A DNA stretch of 64,000 bases from Candidatus Krumholzibacteriia bacterium (GCA_041484665.1 JBGPIA010000005.1:128001-192000), one strand, 5' to 3'; counted from the first letter of the stretch, positions 1 to 10,818 are shown. The notes: a model not told the origin generated them from the letters alone. Translations and numbers: made by a program.

Positions 1-1
1 G

Positions 2-475
2 CTGATGCTGCCCGGAACTGGCGACGCGGTGCAGTTGATGAAGGCCGGCCTCATGGAGCTGGCGGACATCTTCTTGGTGAACAAGGCCGACCGGGACGGT
101 GCGCAGGCCCTGGCCGTGCTGTTGCGCGCGCAGCTGACCGAGACCGCGCGGCCGGCGGGGGCCTGGATGCCGCCGGTGCTGCTGACCACGGCCTACCGCG
201 GCGAGGGGCTGGACCTTGTCCTCGAGGCCATCGAGCGACACCGGGCCTACCTGACCACCACGGGAGGGCTGGAAAGCCGCCGCCGTGCGGGCATCCGGGC
301 GCAGCTGCGCCAGCTGGTCGAAGGCGCTGTCCTGCAGCGGATGTGGAGCGATCCGGTGCTGTCGGCCGAACTGGACAAGGCCGTCGAGGAGGTGGCCGAG
401 CGCAAGTCGGACCCGGTGCGCTCCGCCGCACGACTCGTCCAGCGCATGCTGCCCGGCCGCAAAGGCGCGCGCTGA
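2..475 (+). CDS. meaB: Methylmalonyl-CoA mutase-associated GTPase MeaB/ArgK, 3' part (runs off the window start)
   Basis: PGTGDAVQLMKAGLMELADIFLVNKAD matches the MeaB switch III and NKxD region; lies next to a B12-binding subunit gene. Confidence 0.9.
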   Translation: MMLPGTGDAVQLMKAGLMELADIFLVNKADRDGAQALAVLLRAQLTETARPAGAWMPPVLLTTAYRGEGLDLVLEAIERHRAYLTTTGGLESRRRAGIRAQLRQLVEGAVLQRMWSDPVLSAELDKAVEEVAERKSDPVRSAARLVQRMLPGRKGAR

Positions 476-579
476 CCGCCCGCCGCGCTGACCGGCCGCT
501 ACGTTGACCGGTCGCTGCACTGGCAGGTCGCTGTGCTGGCCGGCCGCCGCGCTGTGGGGTGGCCGCGCTGACCAACCGC
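468..579. repeat. Degenerate 16-bp tandem repeat, 7 copies, consensus about YGCGCTGACCGGYCGC
   Basis: Units start at 468, 484, 500, 516, 532, 548 and 564, e.g. CGCGCTGACCGCCCGC, CGCGCTGACCGGCCGC, TACGTTGACCGGTCGC, CGCGCTGACCAACCGC. Confidence 0.8.
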
Positions 580-650
580 AACGCCGACGGTGGTGCACCC
601 GGCTTCCAGCTCCGCGATCCCGGGCGGCCGTGGAAGGATCCCGGCCGACC

Positions 651-679
651 TTTCCAAGCTTGCGTCGCCTACCTATACT
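651..679 (+). promoter_or_regulatory. Putative sigma70 promoter
   Basis: TTTCCA (651-656), 17-bp spacer, TATACT (674-679), upstream of the ATG at 795. Confidence 0.45.
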
Positions 680-751
680 CCTGCGAGCCCAGCGGTGGTC
701 AGGGCTCGCAACCGGGCTTTCCGTGTCTTCGCAGCTGCACGCGCTCCCGGT

Positions 752-784
752 GCTCCTTCCGTGGGTCGCCCGGGGGGAAGGAGC
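752..784 (+). promoter_or_regulatory. RBS-sequestering hairpin in the 5' leader
   Basis: GCTCCTTCC (752-760) is the exact reverse complement of GGAAGGAGC (776-784), which contains the Shine-Dalgarno sequence for ATG 795. Confidence 0.5.
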
Positions 785-794
785 GTCCTCCGCC

Positions 795-1196
795 ATGGGC
801 CGTGCGATCCGCGTCCTGCTCGCCAAGCCGGGTCTGGACGGGCACGACCGGGGCGCGAAGGTGATCGCATCAGCGCTGCGCGATGCGGGCATGGAGGTCA
901 TCTACACCGGTCTGCACCAGACGCCCGAGCAGATCGTGAGCGCGGCGATCCAGGAGGATGTGGATGTGCTCGCGCTGAGCATCCTCTCCGGCGCGCACAT
1001 GACCGTCTTCCCGCGCATCCTCGAGCTGCTGCGGGAACGCGGGGCCGAGCACATCCACGTCACCGGCGGTGGGATCCTCCCGGAGAAGGATGTCCAGGCG
1101 TTGCAGGCTCTGGGGGTGGGCCGCCTGTTCGGCCCCGGCACGGCGATGCGGGCAGTCGTCGAGTACATCCAGTCACTTCCGTTGCGCAAGCGCTGA
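795..1196 (+). CDS. Stand-alone cobalamin-binding (small) subunit of an acyl-CoA mutase
   Basis: [18 protein letters not shown] (DxHxxG), LSILSGAH and GGG motifs; 133 aa; SD GGAAGGAG. Confidence 0.93.
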   Translation: MGRAIRVLLAKPGLDGHDRGAKVIASALRDAGMEVIYTGLHQTPEQIVSAAIQEDVDVLALSILSGAHMTVFPRILELLRERGAEHIHVTGGGILPEKDVQALQALGVGRLFGPGTAMRAVVEYIQSLPLRKR

Positions 1197-1273
1197 CGGA
1201 GGCCGCTCGGCGCTCCCGGCGGCGGGACGGACGCCCGGGCAGGGCAGCGAAGGAGCAGAGGAGTCGGGGATTC

Positions 1274-2410
1274 ATGCAGCTTACCGAGAACCAGCGCATG
1301 GTGCAGGAGGTCGCGCGGCGCTTCGCGCAGGAGCGCATCGCGCCCCTCGCGGCGGAGATCGACGAGGCCGGACGTTTCCCCCAGGAGACGATCCGCGAGC
1401 TCGGCGAGATGGGTTTCCTGGGCGCGCAGGTGCCCGAGGAGTACGGCGGCGCCGGCCTGGACACGGTGAGCTACGCCCTCATCGTCGAGGAGCTCTCCAA
1501 GGTGTGCGGCTCCCATGGGCTGACCCTGGCGGCGCACAACAGCCTGGGCGCATGGCCGATCGTCGCCTTCGGCACCGAGGAGCAGAAGCGGCGCTGGCTG
1601 CCCAAGGGTGCCAGCGGCCAGATGCTGATCAGCTACGGCCTGACCGAACCCGGGGCCGGCAGCGACGCCGGCGGCACGCGCACGACCGCGGTGCCCGACG
1701 GCAGCACCTGGGTGCTCAACGGGAGCAAGAGCTGGATCACCAATGCCAGTTACGCCGGGCTCTACATTCTCACCGCCATGACCGATCGCTCCAAAGGTAC
1801 CAGCGGCGGGATCACGGCCTTCATCGTGGAGCGCGGGGCGAAGGGCTTCTCCGTGGGCAAGAAAGAGGACAAGCTGGGGATGCGGGCCAGCGACACCGCT
1901 CAATTGCTCCTGGAGGACGTGCGCGTACCCAACGACCAGGTGCTGGGACAGGTCGGGCAGGGCTTCAAGCAGTTCATGCAGACGCTCGACGGTGGACGGA
2001 TCTCGATTGGCGCGCTCGCGCTGGGGCTGGCCGAAGGAGCCCACGAGTTCTCGCTCAAGTACAGCAAGGAGCGCGAAGCCTTCGGCAAGACCATCTCCCA
2101 TTTCCAGGCCATCCAATGGATGCTGGCCGACGCCCGCACCGAGATCGAGGCCGCGCGCCTGCTGATCCACGACGCGGCCCAGCGCAAGGACGCCGCGCAG
2201 CCCTTCCGGCTGCAGAGCTCCATCGCCAAGCTGTACGCCAGCGAGATGGCCATGCGCGTCACCAACAACGCCATCCAGATCCTGGGCGGCTACGGCTACT
2301 GCAAGGACTACCCGGTGGAGCGGTTCTACCGTGATGCGAAGCTGTGTACGATCGGCGAGGGCACCAGCGAGATCCAGCGCCTGGTGATCGCGCGCGAGGT
2401 CCTGTCCTAG
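1274..2410 (+). CDS. Acyl-CoA dehydrogenase (short or branched chain)
   Basis: [51 protein letters not shown]. Confidence 0.95.
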   Translation: MQLTENQRMVQEVARRFAQERIAPLAAEIDEAGRFPQETIRELGEMGFLGAQVPEEYGGAGLDTVSYALIVEELSKVCGSHGLTLAAHNSLGAWPIVAFGTEEQKRRWLPKGASGQMLISYGLTEPGAGSDAGGTRTTAVPDGSTWVLNGSKSWITNASYAGLYILTAMTDRSKGTSGGITAFIVERGAKGFSVGKKEDKLGMRASDTAQLLLEDVRVPNDQVLGQVGQGFKQFMQTLDGGRISIGALALGLAEGAHEFSLKYSKEREAFGKTISHFQAIQWMLADARTEIEAARLLIHDAAQRKDAAQPFRLQSSIAKLYASEMAMRVTNNAIQILGGYGYCKDYPVERFYRDAKLCTIGEGTSEIQRLVIAREVLS

Positions 2411-2451
2411 GCGCCGCGGCTGCGCCCTTTCGTCGCGGGAGGTCGGTTCCC

Positions 2452-3642
2452 ATGGCAAGCAACGTCGTGATCGTGGCCGCGGCGCGCACGCCGGTCGGCC
2501 GCTTCCAGGGCGGGCTGGCCCCGCTGCGCGCACCGCAGCTGGGCGCGGTCGCAGTCAAAGAGGCCATCCGGCGCGCCGGCATCGAGCCCGGCGCCGTCGA
2601 TGAGGTGATCCTGGGCTGTGTGCTGCCTGCAGGGCTGGGCCAGAATCCGGCACGGCAGGCGGCCATCCACGGCGGTGTGCCCGACGGGGTCAGCGCCATG
2701 ACCCTCAACAAGGTCTGTGGCAGCGGCCTACGGGCGGTGTCGCTGGCGGCGCAGATCCTCAAGGCGGGCGACGCGCGCTGCGTGGTCGCCGGGGGCATGG
2801 AGTCGATGTCCAACACTCCCTACGCGCTGCCCGGTGCGCGGACGGGTTACCGGCTGGGTCATGGTCAGCTGGTCGACCTCATGATCCACGACGGCCTGTG
2901 GGACGCGTACAACGACTTCCACATGGGGATGACCGCTGAGCTGGTCGCCGAGAAGTACGGCATCGGCCGCGCGGAGCAGGACGCCTTCGCGCTGGGCAGC
3001 CACCGCAAGGCCGTCGCCGCCATGCAGGCCGGCAAGCTCAAAGCCGAGATCGTCGCCGTGGAGGTCCCGGTCGGCAAGGGACAGACGTCGCGCATCGAGC
3101 TGGACGAGGGCCCGCGCGCCGACTCCAGCCTGGAGGCGCTGGCGAAGCTCAAGCCAGCCTTCAAGCGCGACGGTGGCACCGTCACCGCGGGCAACGCGCC
3201 CAGCGTCAACGACGGCGCCGCGGCGCTGGTCGTCTGCACGGCCGAGGGCGCGCGGGAGCTGGGCAGCAGGGCGCAGTTCACCATCGAGGCGTACGCCACC
3301 GGTGGCGTGGAGCCCAAGTGGGTGATGATGGCTCCGGTGCGCGCGGTGAAGAACCTGCTGGCGAAGACGCGGACCGGCATCGGCGACTACGGGCTGATCG
3401 AGCTCAACGAGGCTTTCGCGGTGCAGGCTCTGGCCGTGATGCGCGAGCTGGAAATGGATCCCGCGCGCGTGAACGTGAATGGCGGCGCGGTCGCCCTCGG
3501 GCACCCGATCGGAGCCAGCGGGGCGCGCATCCTCACCACGCTGCTCTACGCCATGCAGGATCGCAATGTCGAGCGCGGTCTAGCCGCGCTCTGCCTGGGC
3601 GGAGGCGACGCGGTCGCGCTCAGCGTGCGCAGGATCGCGTAG
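2452..3642 (+). CDS. Acetyl-CoA C-acetyltransferase (thiolase)
   Basis: NKVCGSG (catalytic Cys), [25 protein letters not shown]. Confidence 0.95.
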   Translation: MASNVVIVAAARTPVGRFQGGLAPLRAPQLGAVAVKEAIRRAGIEPGAVDEVILGCVLPAGLGQNPARQAAIHGGVPDGVSAMTLNKVCGSGLRAVSLAAQILKAGDARCVVAGGMESMSNTPYALPGARTGYRLGHGQLVDLMIHDGLWDAYNDFHMGMTAELVAEKYGIGRAEQDAFALGSHRKAVAAMQAGKLKAEIVAVEVPVGKGQTSRIELDEGPRADSSLEALAKLKPAFKRDGGTVTAGNAPSVNDGAAALVVCTAEGARELGSRAQFTIEAYATGGVEPKWVMMAPVRAVKNLLAKTRTGIGDYGLIELNEAFAVQALAVMRELEMDPARVNVNGGAVALGHPIGASGARILTTLLYAMQDRNVERGLAALCLGGGDAVALSVRRIA

Positions 3643-3679
3643 GGGCGGGGGCGGACCCGCGCCCAGGACGGGAGTTCCG

Positions 3680-4534
3680 ATGGACAAGAGCAGGCTCGGC
3701 GTGGTGGGCGGGGGCACGATGGGCAACGGGATCGCCCACTTGTTCGCCCAGCACGGCCACCCCACCGTGCTCGTCGACGTCGACGACGCGGCGCTGGCGC
3801 GCGCACGCCAGACGATCGACGGCAATCTGGCCCGTCAGGTCAAGAAGGGCGCGCTGGACGAGGACGCGAAGACCGCCACCCTGGGTCGTATCACGTTCAC
3901 TCCCGACGTCGGGAAGCTTGCGGGCTGCGCCCTCGTCGTGGAGGCCGTGTTCGAGGACGAGGCGATCAAGCAGGCGCTCTACCGCCGGATCGATCCGCTG
4001 CTGCCCAAGGACGCCATTCTGGCCAGCAACACCAGCTCCATTTCGGTCACGCGGCTGGCGGCCGCCACCGCGCGCGCCGACCGCTTCATCGGAATGCACT
4101 TCATGAACCCGGTGCCGGTGATGAAGCTGGTGGAAGTGATCCGCGGCCACAATACCAGCGATGCGACGACCGCGCAGGTCATGGAGCTGGCCCGCGCGCT
4201 GGAAAAGGTGCCCGTCGAGGTGAACGACTACCCCGGCTTCGTGAGCAACCGGGTGCTCCTGCCCATGATCAACGAGGCGGTATTCTGCCTGCACGAGGGG
4301 GTCGCCACCGCGCAGGCCATCGACGAGGTCATGAAGCTGGGCATGGCGCACCCGATGGGCCCGCTGACGTTGGCCGACTTCATCGGCCTGGACGTTTGCC
4401 TGAGTATCCTGGAGGTCCTGTACGAGGGCTTCAACGACCCGAAGTACCGGCCGTGCCCACTGCTGCGCAAGATGGTCGCGGCCGGGCACCTGGGCCGCAA
4501 GAGTGGGCGCGGCTTCTACACATATCCGAGCTGA
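3680..4534 (+). CDS. hbd: 3-hydroxybutyryl-CoA dehydrogenase
   Basis: [11 protein letters not shown]ossmann motif, [28 protein letters not shown]. Confidence 0.93.
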   Translation: MDKSRLGVVGGGTMGNGIAHLFAQHGHPTVLVDVDDAALARARQTIDGNLARQVKKGALDEDAKTATLGRITFTPDVGKLAGCALVVEAVFEDEAIKQALYRRIDPLLPKDAILASNTSSISVTRLAAATARADRFIGMHFMNPVPVMKLVEVIRGHNTSDATTAQVMELARALEKVPVEVNDYPGFVSNRVLLPMINEAVFCLHEGVATAQAIDEVMKLGMAHPMGPLTLADFIGLDVCLSILEVLYEGFNDPKYRPCPLLRKMVAAGHLGRKSGRGFYTYPS

Positions 4535-4624
4535 TCGCGGCGCGGCCGCGTCACGCGGCGCGTGGCCCACGGGTCGCGCCCGCGCGGCCCGGGCCCCGTC
4601 CGCCGCAGCCGCCAGGGAGAGATC

Positions 4625-5764
4625 GTGAGATTCGATCTGACCAGCGAGCAGGAGCTCATCCGCAAGACGGCCCGCGCGTTCGCCGAGCGCGAGATCGTCC
4701 CGTTCGCCGCGAAGTGGGACAAGGAGTCGCGCTTTCCGGCGGAGGTCGTAGCCAAGCTCGCCGAGCTGGGTTTCATGGGGATGTTCGTGCCCGAGTCGTG
4801 GGGCGGTGCCGGCCTGGATGTCCTCAGCTATATCGTAGCGCTCGAGGAGATCTCGCGCGGGGACGCCAGTTGCGGCGTGATCATGTCGGTGAACAACAGC
4901 CTGGTGTGCTGGCCGTTGCTCCACTTCGGCACGCAAGCGCAGAAGGAGCGCTGGCTGAAGCCGCTGGCCGCCGGCCGGCAGCTGGGGGCGTTCTGCCTGA
5001 GCGAGCCGCAGGCGGGCACCGACGCCGCAGCGCAGAAGACGGTTGCGGTGCGCAAGGGCCAAGGCTACGTGCTCAATGGCACCAAGAACTTCATCACCAA
5101 TGGTGCGCACGCCGACGTGCTGCTCGTCTTCACCATGACCGACCTTGAGAAGGGGCACGGAGGAATTACGGCTTTCCTGGTCGATGCCCCTGCCAAGGGC
5201 GTAAGCGTGTCCCACACCGAGAAGAAGATGGGCATCAAGGCCTCCGATACCGCTCAGATCGTCCTGGAGGACGTGCAAGTGGGTGTGGAGAACCTGCTGG
5301 GCGAGGAAGGCAAGGGTTTCCGCGTGGCCATGTCCACCTTGGACGGCGGGCGCATCGGGATCGCCGCCCAAGCATTGGGCATCGCCCAGGCGGCCCTCGA
5401 GCACTCGATCCGTTACGCCAAGGAGCGTGAGCAGTTCGGGCGACCCATTGCCGAGTTCCAGGGCATCCAGTGGAAGATCGCCGACATGACCGCGCGCCTG
5501 GACGCCGCGCGACTGCTCACCTACCGGGCCGCTTGGATGAAGGACCAGGGGGCGCGTCACACACGCGAGTCCGCCATCGCCAAGCTGATGGCGAGCACAA
5601 CGGCCGTCTTCTGCGCCGAGGAAGCGGTGCAGATCTTCGGAGCCAACGGTTACTCGAAGGAGTACCCCGTGGAGAAGCTGATGCGCGACGCGAAGATCTG
5701 CGACATCTACGAGGGGACCAACGAGGTGCAGCGCATGGTCATCGCCCAAAGCATGCTGCAGTAG
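4625..5764 (+). CDS. Acyl-CoA dehydrogenase (butyryl-CoA dehydrogenase-like)
   Basis: CLSEPQAGTD, NGTKNFITNG, LDGGRIGIAAQA, IYEGTNEVQR; GTG start after GGGAG. Confidence 0.95.
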   Translation: MRFDLTSEQELIRKTARAFAEREIVPFAAKWDKESRFPAEVVAKLAELGFMGMFVPESWGGAGLDVLSYIVALEEISRGDASCGVIMSVNNSLVCWPLLHFGTQAQKERWLKPLAAGRQLGAFCLSEPQAGTDAAAQKTVAVRKGQGYVLNGTKNFITNGAHADVLLVFTMTDLEKGHGGITAFLVDAPAKGVSVSHTEKKMGIKASDTAQIVLEDVQVGVENLLGEEGKGFRVAMSTLDGGRIGIAAQALGIAQAALEHSIRYAKEREQFGRPIAEFQGIQWKIADMTARLDAARLLTYRAAWMKDQGARHTRESAIAKLMASTTAVFCAEEAVQIFGANGYSKEYPVEKLMRDAKICDIYEGTNEVQRMVIAQSMLQ

Positions 5765-5793
5765 TGCCCTTGCCGCTGACCCTGAGAGCCGCC

Positions 5794-6939
5794 GTGGACT
5801 TCGAGCTGACCGAAGAGCAGCAGCTGCTCGTCAAGGGAACGCGTGACCTCGCCCAGGGCGTGATCGCTCCGCGCTCCGCTCAGATGGACCGCGATGGCAG
5901 CGTCGATCCCGTGGTGCTGGAGGCGCTGCGGGCCAACGGGTACTTCAGTCTGGGCATTCCCCGGCAGTACGGCGGTCTGGGGCTCTCCACGTTCGGCTAC
6001 GGGCTGGTGATCGCCGAGCTGGCGCGCGTTGACGCCGGGATCGCCATCATGGTCTCGGTGCACAACGGCGTGGGCACCTACCCGATCATGGGGTTCGGCA
6101 ATGAGCAGCTGCGACTCCGCGTGCTGCCCGCCATGGCCAGCGGCACGCTGGCCAGCTTCTGCGTCACCGAGCCCGGCGTGGGCAGCGACGCCGCCAACCT
6201 CACCACGCGCGCCGAGGTCGTCGGATCGAGCTATCGATTGACCGGCGAAAAGATCTGGGTCACCAACGGCGCCCACGCGGGGTTCTTCGTGGTGCTGGCG
6301 CGCATGGACGGCAAGCGCGGGCACGACGGGATCTCGGCGTTCCTGGTGGAGCGCGGCGCGCCAGGCCTGACCATCGGGGCCAAGGAAGACAAGATGGGGC
6401 TGCGCTGCAGCGATGCAGTGTCCCTGGTGCTCGACGATGTGGCGGTGCCGCGCGAGAACCTCATCGGCGAAGAGGGGCAGGGCTTCAAGATCGCCATGGC
6501 CAGCCTGGATGGCGGGCGAATCGGCGTGGCCTACCAGGCCGTCGGCCTGGCCACTGCCTGCCTGGAGGCGGCGACGCGCTACGCGCAGGAGCGCGATGCG
6601 TTCGGCGGCCCCATCTCCAACCTGCAGGCCATCCAGTGGATGATCGCCCAGGCGGCCACCGAGCTCGAGGCGGCAACGCTGCTGGCGCACAAGGCCGCCA
6701 CGTTGAAGGACCAGGGCAAGCCATTCAGCAAGCACGCGGCGATGGCCAAGCTCTTCGGCAGCGAAATGGCAGGCCGGACGGCCGACATGGCCGTGCAGGT
6801 GCACGGCGGCTTCGGCTACAGCAAGGATTACGACGTGGAGCGGTACTTTCGCGACGCCCGCGTGCTGCGCATCTACGAGGGTACCAGCGAGGTCCAGAAG
6901 CTCGTGATCGCCCGCCGGCACTTCAACGGCGAGCGCTAA
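5794..6939 (+). CDS. Acyl-CoA dehydrogenase, third paralog (alternative in-frame GTG at 5764)
   Basis: VTEPGVGSD, WVTNG, DGGRIG, VHGGFGY, IYEGTSEVQK. Confidence 0.93.
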   Translation: MDFELTEEQQLLVKGTRDLAQGVIAPRSAQMDRDGSVDPVVLEALRANGYFSLGIPRQYGGLGLSTFGYGLVIAELARVDAGIAIMVSVHNGVGTYPIMGFGNEQLRLRVLPAMASGTLASFCVTEPGVGSDAANLTTRAEVVGSSYRLTGEKIWVTNGAHAGFFVVLARMDGKRGHDGISAFLVERGAPGLTIGAKEDKMGLRCSDAVSLVLDDVAVPRENLIGEEGQGFKIAMASLDGGRIGVAYQAVGLATACLEAATRYAQERDAFGGPISNLQAIQWMIAQAATELEAATLLAHKAATLKDQGKPFSKHAAMAKLFGSEMAGRTADMAVQVHGGFGYSKDYDVERYFRDARVLRIYEGTSEVQKLVIARRHFNGER

Positions 6940-7019
6940 GGTGGCGCCGGCGCGGCCATCGCGCCGACTCAGGTGCACCGCTGGCCAAGGACCACTGCCG
7001 ATTCAGGTCCAACGCTGGA

Positions 7020-7433
7020 TCAGGCCCAGCGGCGCGCGATCAGCCATCCCCACTGTGCAATGATGGCCGCAAGCGTGGCCGCCCGGAGCGAGGCCTTCTC
7101 CCGCCGTCCCAGCGCCGGCTCGCCGCGCAAGCGGGGCACGCCGCTCGCGAGCAGCGCCCAGCCGGCCCACGCCGCGCATGCCGCCAGCCCCACGGACACC
7201 AGCGCATTGGCGCGCAGCGCGGCGGCCAGGTCTCCGCGGCACAGCGCCAACGCCGCGCGCGTCCCGCCGCAGCTGAGGCAGGGCACGCCCGTCACGGCGC
7301 GCAGGGGGCAGAACGAAAAGCGCTGCACTGCGTGGGGCGCGATGCGCAGCAGCAGAGCCGTGCACGCCCCAATGGCGCCGAACACCAGACCGAACGGGCG
7401 CAGGCCCGCGCGCTCTTCAGCGACCCATCGCAT
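7020..7433 (-). CDS. DUF2752-like small membrane protein
   Basis: [19 protein letters not shown] matches the family pattern CP..TG.PC..CG.TR; start overlaps the Yip1 gene end. Confidence 0.8.
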   Translation of the reverse strand: MRWVAEERAGLRPFGLVFGAIGACTALLLRIAPHAVQRFSFCPLRAVTGVPCLSCGGTRAALALCRGDLAAALRANALVSVGLAACAAWAGWALLASGVPRLRGEPALGRREKASLRAATLAAIIAQWGWLIARRWA

Positions 7434-8508
7434 CCCCGAGCCCCCGCAGCCACGCCATGCCGCCGAACGCCACGATTCCGGCGCAGAGAAGGCTGCAGCA
7501 GATGAGCGCCGGGAGGATGACGGCCAGCGCGGCGCGGCCGGTAGTGGTGCCGTGGAGCTCGCGCAGGGCAATCACCGAGACGACGATGCTCCATCCCCAC
7601 GCCACCAGACTGCCGCAGATCGGGAAGATCCCGACCAGACTCACGGTCCACGCGTACGCCCCGCCGCGCAGGGTCGCCTCGTAGCCCTCGTGCGCGCCGC
7701 CGGCGAGCATCAAGCAAACGTGGGTGATGCCGGACCCGACCACCAGGGCCAGCGGGGCGATCACTGGCATCAGGGCCAGCGCCAAGACCTCCGAGCCCAC
7801 CGTGCCAAAGAGGTGGTAGGGAAAATCGGTGGTGCGCTCGAACACTGTCGCCAGCGGAGCGAACAAAGCGGACCACGCCAGCGAGAAGGCCTGGACGATC
7901 ATGGCCGTGACGATGACGTAGAGGACCTGCAGACCCGTGCCGCCGCGCCGCGGCATGCGGGCGAAGGTCGCCGTGGGCCGCGTGAAGATCAGGCGCACAG
8001 TCAGCAGATACCCTTGGATCCACCCGAAGCGCGCATGATCCTCCCACGGCGGGGGGATGGGCGCCGGCGGTGGCATGCCGGGCCCCCAAGAGCCTCCAGG
8101 TCCCCCGGGGCTCGCGGGGCCGCCCGGACCATAGGGACTGCCCGGACCGCTCGGTCCATTGGGGCCTCCCGGACCCCCCGGGCCGCCCGAGCCGCCCGCG
8201 CCGTACGGTCCACCCGGTCCATAGGGGCCAGTCCCGCCGTAGGGGCCACCGGAGCCAGGGGAGCCAGTCGGCTCGTGCGCGCCGCCTGGGCCAGACGGGC
8301 CGGTTGCGTCAGACGGGCCGGTTGCGTCAGACGGGGCGGTCGCGTCAGACGGGCCGCCCGAGCGGTCCGTGGTACCCGCGCCGGGCGCCCCGTGACCGCC
8401 CGCGGGCGGTCCGCCCGGGGAGCCGACTGGTTGTCCACCCGGCGAACCCGGTGGCGTCCGACCCGGCGAGTCGCCCGGCTGCCCTGACGACGTGGAATCC
8501 TGGTCCAT
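7417..8508 (-). CDS. YIP1-family membrane protein with a long Gly/Pro-rich disordered N-terminus
   Basis: PPWED...[33 protein letters not shown], about 5 TM segments. Confidence 0.8.
   Translation of the reverse strand: MDQDSTSSGQPGDSPGRTPPGSPGGQPVGSPGGPPAGGHGAPGAGTTDRSGGPSDATAPSDATGPSDATGPSGPGGAHEPTGSPGSGGPYGGTGPYGPGGPYGAGGSGGPGGPGGPNGPSGPGSPYGPGGPASPGGPGGSWGPGMPPPAPIPPPWEDHARFGWIQGYLLTVRLIFTRPTATFARMPRRGGTGLQVLYVIVTAMIVQAFSLAWSALFAPLATVFERTTDFPYHLFGTVGSEVLALALMPVIAPLALVVGSGITHVCLMLAGGAHEGYEATLRGGAYAWTVSLVGIFPICGSLVAWGWSIVVSVIALRELHGTTTGRAALAVILPALICCSLLCAGIVAFGGMAWLRGLGDAMGR
8100..8355 (-). repeat. Coding tandem repeats (18-bp GPSDAT units; GPGGP/GPYG units) in the Yip1 N-terminus
   Basis: CAGACGGGCCGGTTGCGT-like unit repeated about 3-4 times at 8292-8355; GPGGPY-type peptide repeats. 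Confidence 0.7.
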
Positions 8509-8785
8509 GGATCGGCCTTTGGTTGCGCCCTCGGCACGCCGCGCGAGGCTCCGCATCGAAGTTTTGCGAGAACGGACCGCAGCGTACCCCGCGCGCCGGG
8601 AGGCGACAAGCGCGGGAACGTCGAGCGCGTGAGTGCCGACCTCGGCCGCCCTGTTGGGTCGCGACACGATGACGTACACTGGATGCACGATCCGGCCCAT
8701 GGGATGCGCGCGGAGGCTTCCCGCGGCTCCCGGCGGGCTCCCCCGCGCGCGCCAAGAGCGACGCGCTCCCCAGCGAGGCGCTGCC

Positions 8786-9754
8786 GTGAGCCAAGACGAG
8801 CCCGCCTTCGACGTGATCCTGCCGCGCCCGCGCGGTTTCTGCGCCGGGGTGGAGCGGGCGGTCCAGATCGTCGAGCTGGCTCTGGAGCAGCTGCACCCTC
8901 CGATCTACGTCCGCCGCGAGATCGTGCACAACCGCGCGGTCGTCGAACGCTTCCGTGCCCGGGGCGTCGTGTTCGTCGACTCCCTCGATGAGGTCCCGGC
9001 CCAGGCGGTTTGCGTGTTCTCGGCCCACGGCGTCGCGCCCGACGTGCGCGCGGCCGCCGATGCCCGCGGTCTGCAGGTGATCGACGCCACGTGCCCGCTG
9101 GTGACGAAGGTGCACGTCGAGGTGCTGCGACACGCCCGGGCCGGCGACACCATCCTACTGATCGGCCACGAGGGGCACGACGAGGTGATCGGCACCATGG
9201 GACATGCCCGCGACCAGGTCCGCCTGGTGGGCGATGTGCACGCGGCGCTCACTGTGGAGGTGCCCGACCCGCAGAGGGTCGCCTACGTGACTCAGACGAC
9301 GCTCTCGGTGGACGAGACCGCCGGGATCGTGCGCGCGCTGCGCGGCCGGTTTCCCGCGATCGAGGGACCTAAGACCGCCGACATCTGCTACGCGACGCAG
9401 AACCGCCAGGACGCCGTGAAGGCCCTGGTGCTGGAGGAGGGCATCGAGCTGCTGCTGGTGGTGGGCAGCGAGAACAGCAGCAACAGCCAGCGTCTGGTCG
9501 AGGTAGCGCAGAGCCTGGGCGCGCGCGGACAGCTGGTCGACGCTGCCAGCGATGTCGATCCCGCCTGGCTGCGGGGCGTGCGCCGTGTGGGGCTGACGGC
9601 GGGCGCGAGCGCCCCGGAGGACCTGGTCCAGGGCGTAGCCGCACGACTTGCGGCCCTCGGCGGTCGCCTGAGCGAGCGCGAGCTCATCCCCGAGGACGTC
9701 ACGTTCCCGCTGCCGCCGCAGCTCGCGCCCGCGCGCAACAGGTCGGGCGGATGA
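8786..9754 (+). CDS. ispH: 4-hydroxy-3-methylbut-2-enyl diphosphate reductase
   Basis: [46 protein letters not shown]. Confidence 0.97.
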   Translation: MSQDEPAFDVILPRPRGFCAGVERAVQIVELALEQLHPPIYVRREIVHNRAVVERFRARGVVFVDSLDEVPAQAVCVFSAHGVAPDVRAAADARGLQVIDATCPLVTKVHVEVLRHARAGDTILLIGHEGHDEVIGTMGHARDQVRLVGDVHAALTVEVPDPQRVAYVTQTTLSVDETAGIVRALRGRFPAIEGPKTADICYATQNRQDAVKALVLEEGIELLLVVGSENSSNSQRLVEVAQSLGARGQLVDAASDVDPAWLRGVRRVGLTAGASAPEDLVQGVAARLAALGGRLSERELIPEDVTFPLPPQLAPARNRSGG

Positions 9755-10818
9755 GCCCCCGCGATTCGCGGCACCGCAGCACCCAGCGTCGCAAGCGCGA
9801 TCACCTGGAGCTCGCCCTCGATGACGAGGTGGAGTTCCAGTCCATCCGCAACGGGCTGGACGCTTTGGGTCTGGTCCACGACGCGCTGCCGGAGATCGAT
9901 TTCGACGCCATCGACCTGTCGGCGACGTTCCTGGGCCGCTCGCTGCGACTGCCATTGATCATCTCATCGATGACCGGCGGCACCCCCGAGGCCGCCCGGA
10001 TCAACCGCGCCCTGGCCAGCGCGGCCGCGCGCGTGGGATGCGCCATGGCCGTGGGCAGCCAGCGGGCCGCGCTGGAGGACCCGGCGTTGGCGGCGACCTA
10101 CGCCATCCGGGACCAGGCGCCCGACGTGCTGGTGCTCGGCAACCTGGGCGCCGTGCAGCTCAACTACGGCTACGGCATGGACCAGTGCCGCCGGGCGGTG
10201 GAGATGATCCGCGCCGATGGCCTGCTGCTGCACCTCAACAGCCTCCAGGAGGTGTTGCAGCCGGAGGGCAACCGCGACTTCTCGGGCCTGTTGGACAAGA
10301 TCGAGGCGCTCTGCCGCGAGCTGCCGTTCCCCGTGCTGCTGAAGACCACCGGCAACGGCCTCTCGCCGCGGGCGGCGGCCAAGCTCGCGCGGCTGGCGCG
10401 CGCCGGCCTGGCGGGGATCGAGGTCAGTGGCGCCGGCGGGACGAGCTGGGCGCGCATCGAGGCTCTCCGCGGCAACGATGCGGCCTCCCTGGACCAGTTC
10501 GGCGAGTTCGGCGAGACCACGGCCGACAGCATCCGCGCCGCAAGGGCGGCGGTGCCCGAGTTGCCGTTGATCGCCAGCGGCGGGGTCCGCCACGGCGCGG
10601 ACGTGGCCAAGGCCCTGGCCCTGGGGGCCGACCTAGTGGGGATCGCCCGGCCGCTCCTGAAGGCCGCCGTGCAAGGCCAAGCCCGCGTCGAGGAGGCGCT
10701 GCGGCGCGTTGCCTGGGAGCTGCAGGTGAGCTGCTTCTACGCCGGCCGAGGGGCTGCTCGGCAGCTATGTCCCCAGGATGTGGCTCCGGTCGGGAACTCG
10801 CGCGGCCGCACGGTGTAG
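9751..10818 (+). CDS. fni: Type 2 (FMN-dependent) isopentenyl-diphosphate isomerase
   Basis: RKRDHL, HDALPE, SSMTGG, GSQRAAL, HLNSLQE, GAGGTSW, ASGGVR; 4-bp overlap with ispH. Confidence 0.93.
   Translation: MSPRDSRHRSTQRRKRDHLELALDDEVEFQSIRNGLDALGLVHDALPEIDFDAIDLSATFLGRSLRLPLIISSMTGGTPEAARINRALASAAARVGCAMAVGSQRAALEDPALAATYAIRDQAPDVLVLGNLGAVQLNYGYGMDQCRRAVEMIRADGLLLHLNSLQEVLQPEGNRDFSGLLDKIEALCRELPFPVLLKTTGNGLSPRAAAKLARLARAGLAGIEVSGAGGTSWARIEALRGNDAASLDQFGEFGETTADSIRAARAAVPELPLIASGGVRHGADVAKALALGADLVGIARPLLKAAVQGQARVEEALRRVAWELQVSCFYAGRGAARQLCPQDVAPVGNSRGRTV

Noticed and set aside
580..794. Cobalamin riboswitch upstream of the B12-binding subunit
   Set aside because: No recognisable B12-box or conserved core motifs by eye; an Infernal search would be needed to exclude it fully
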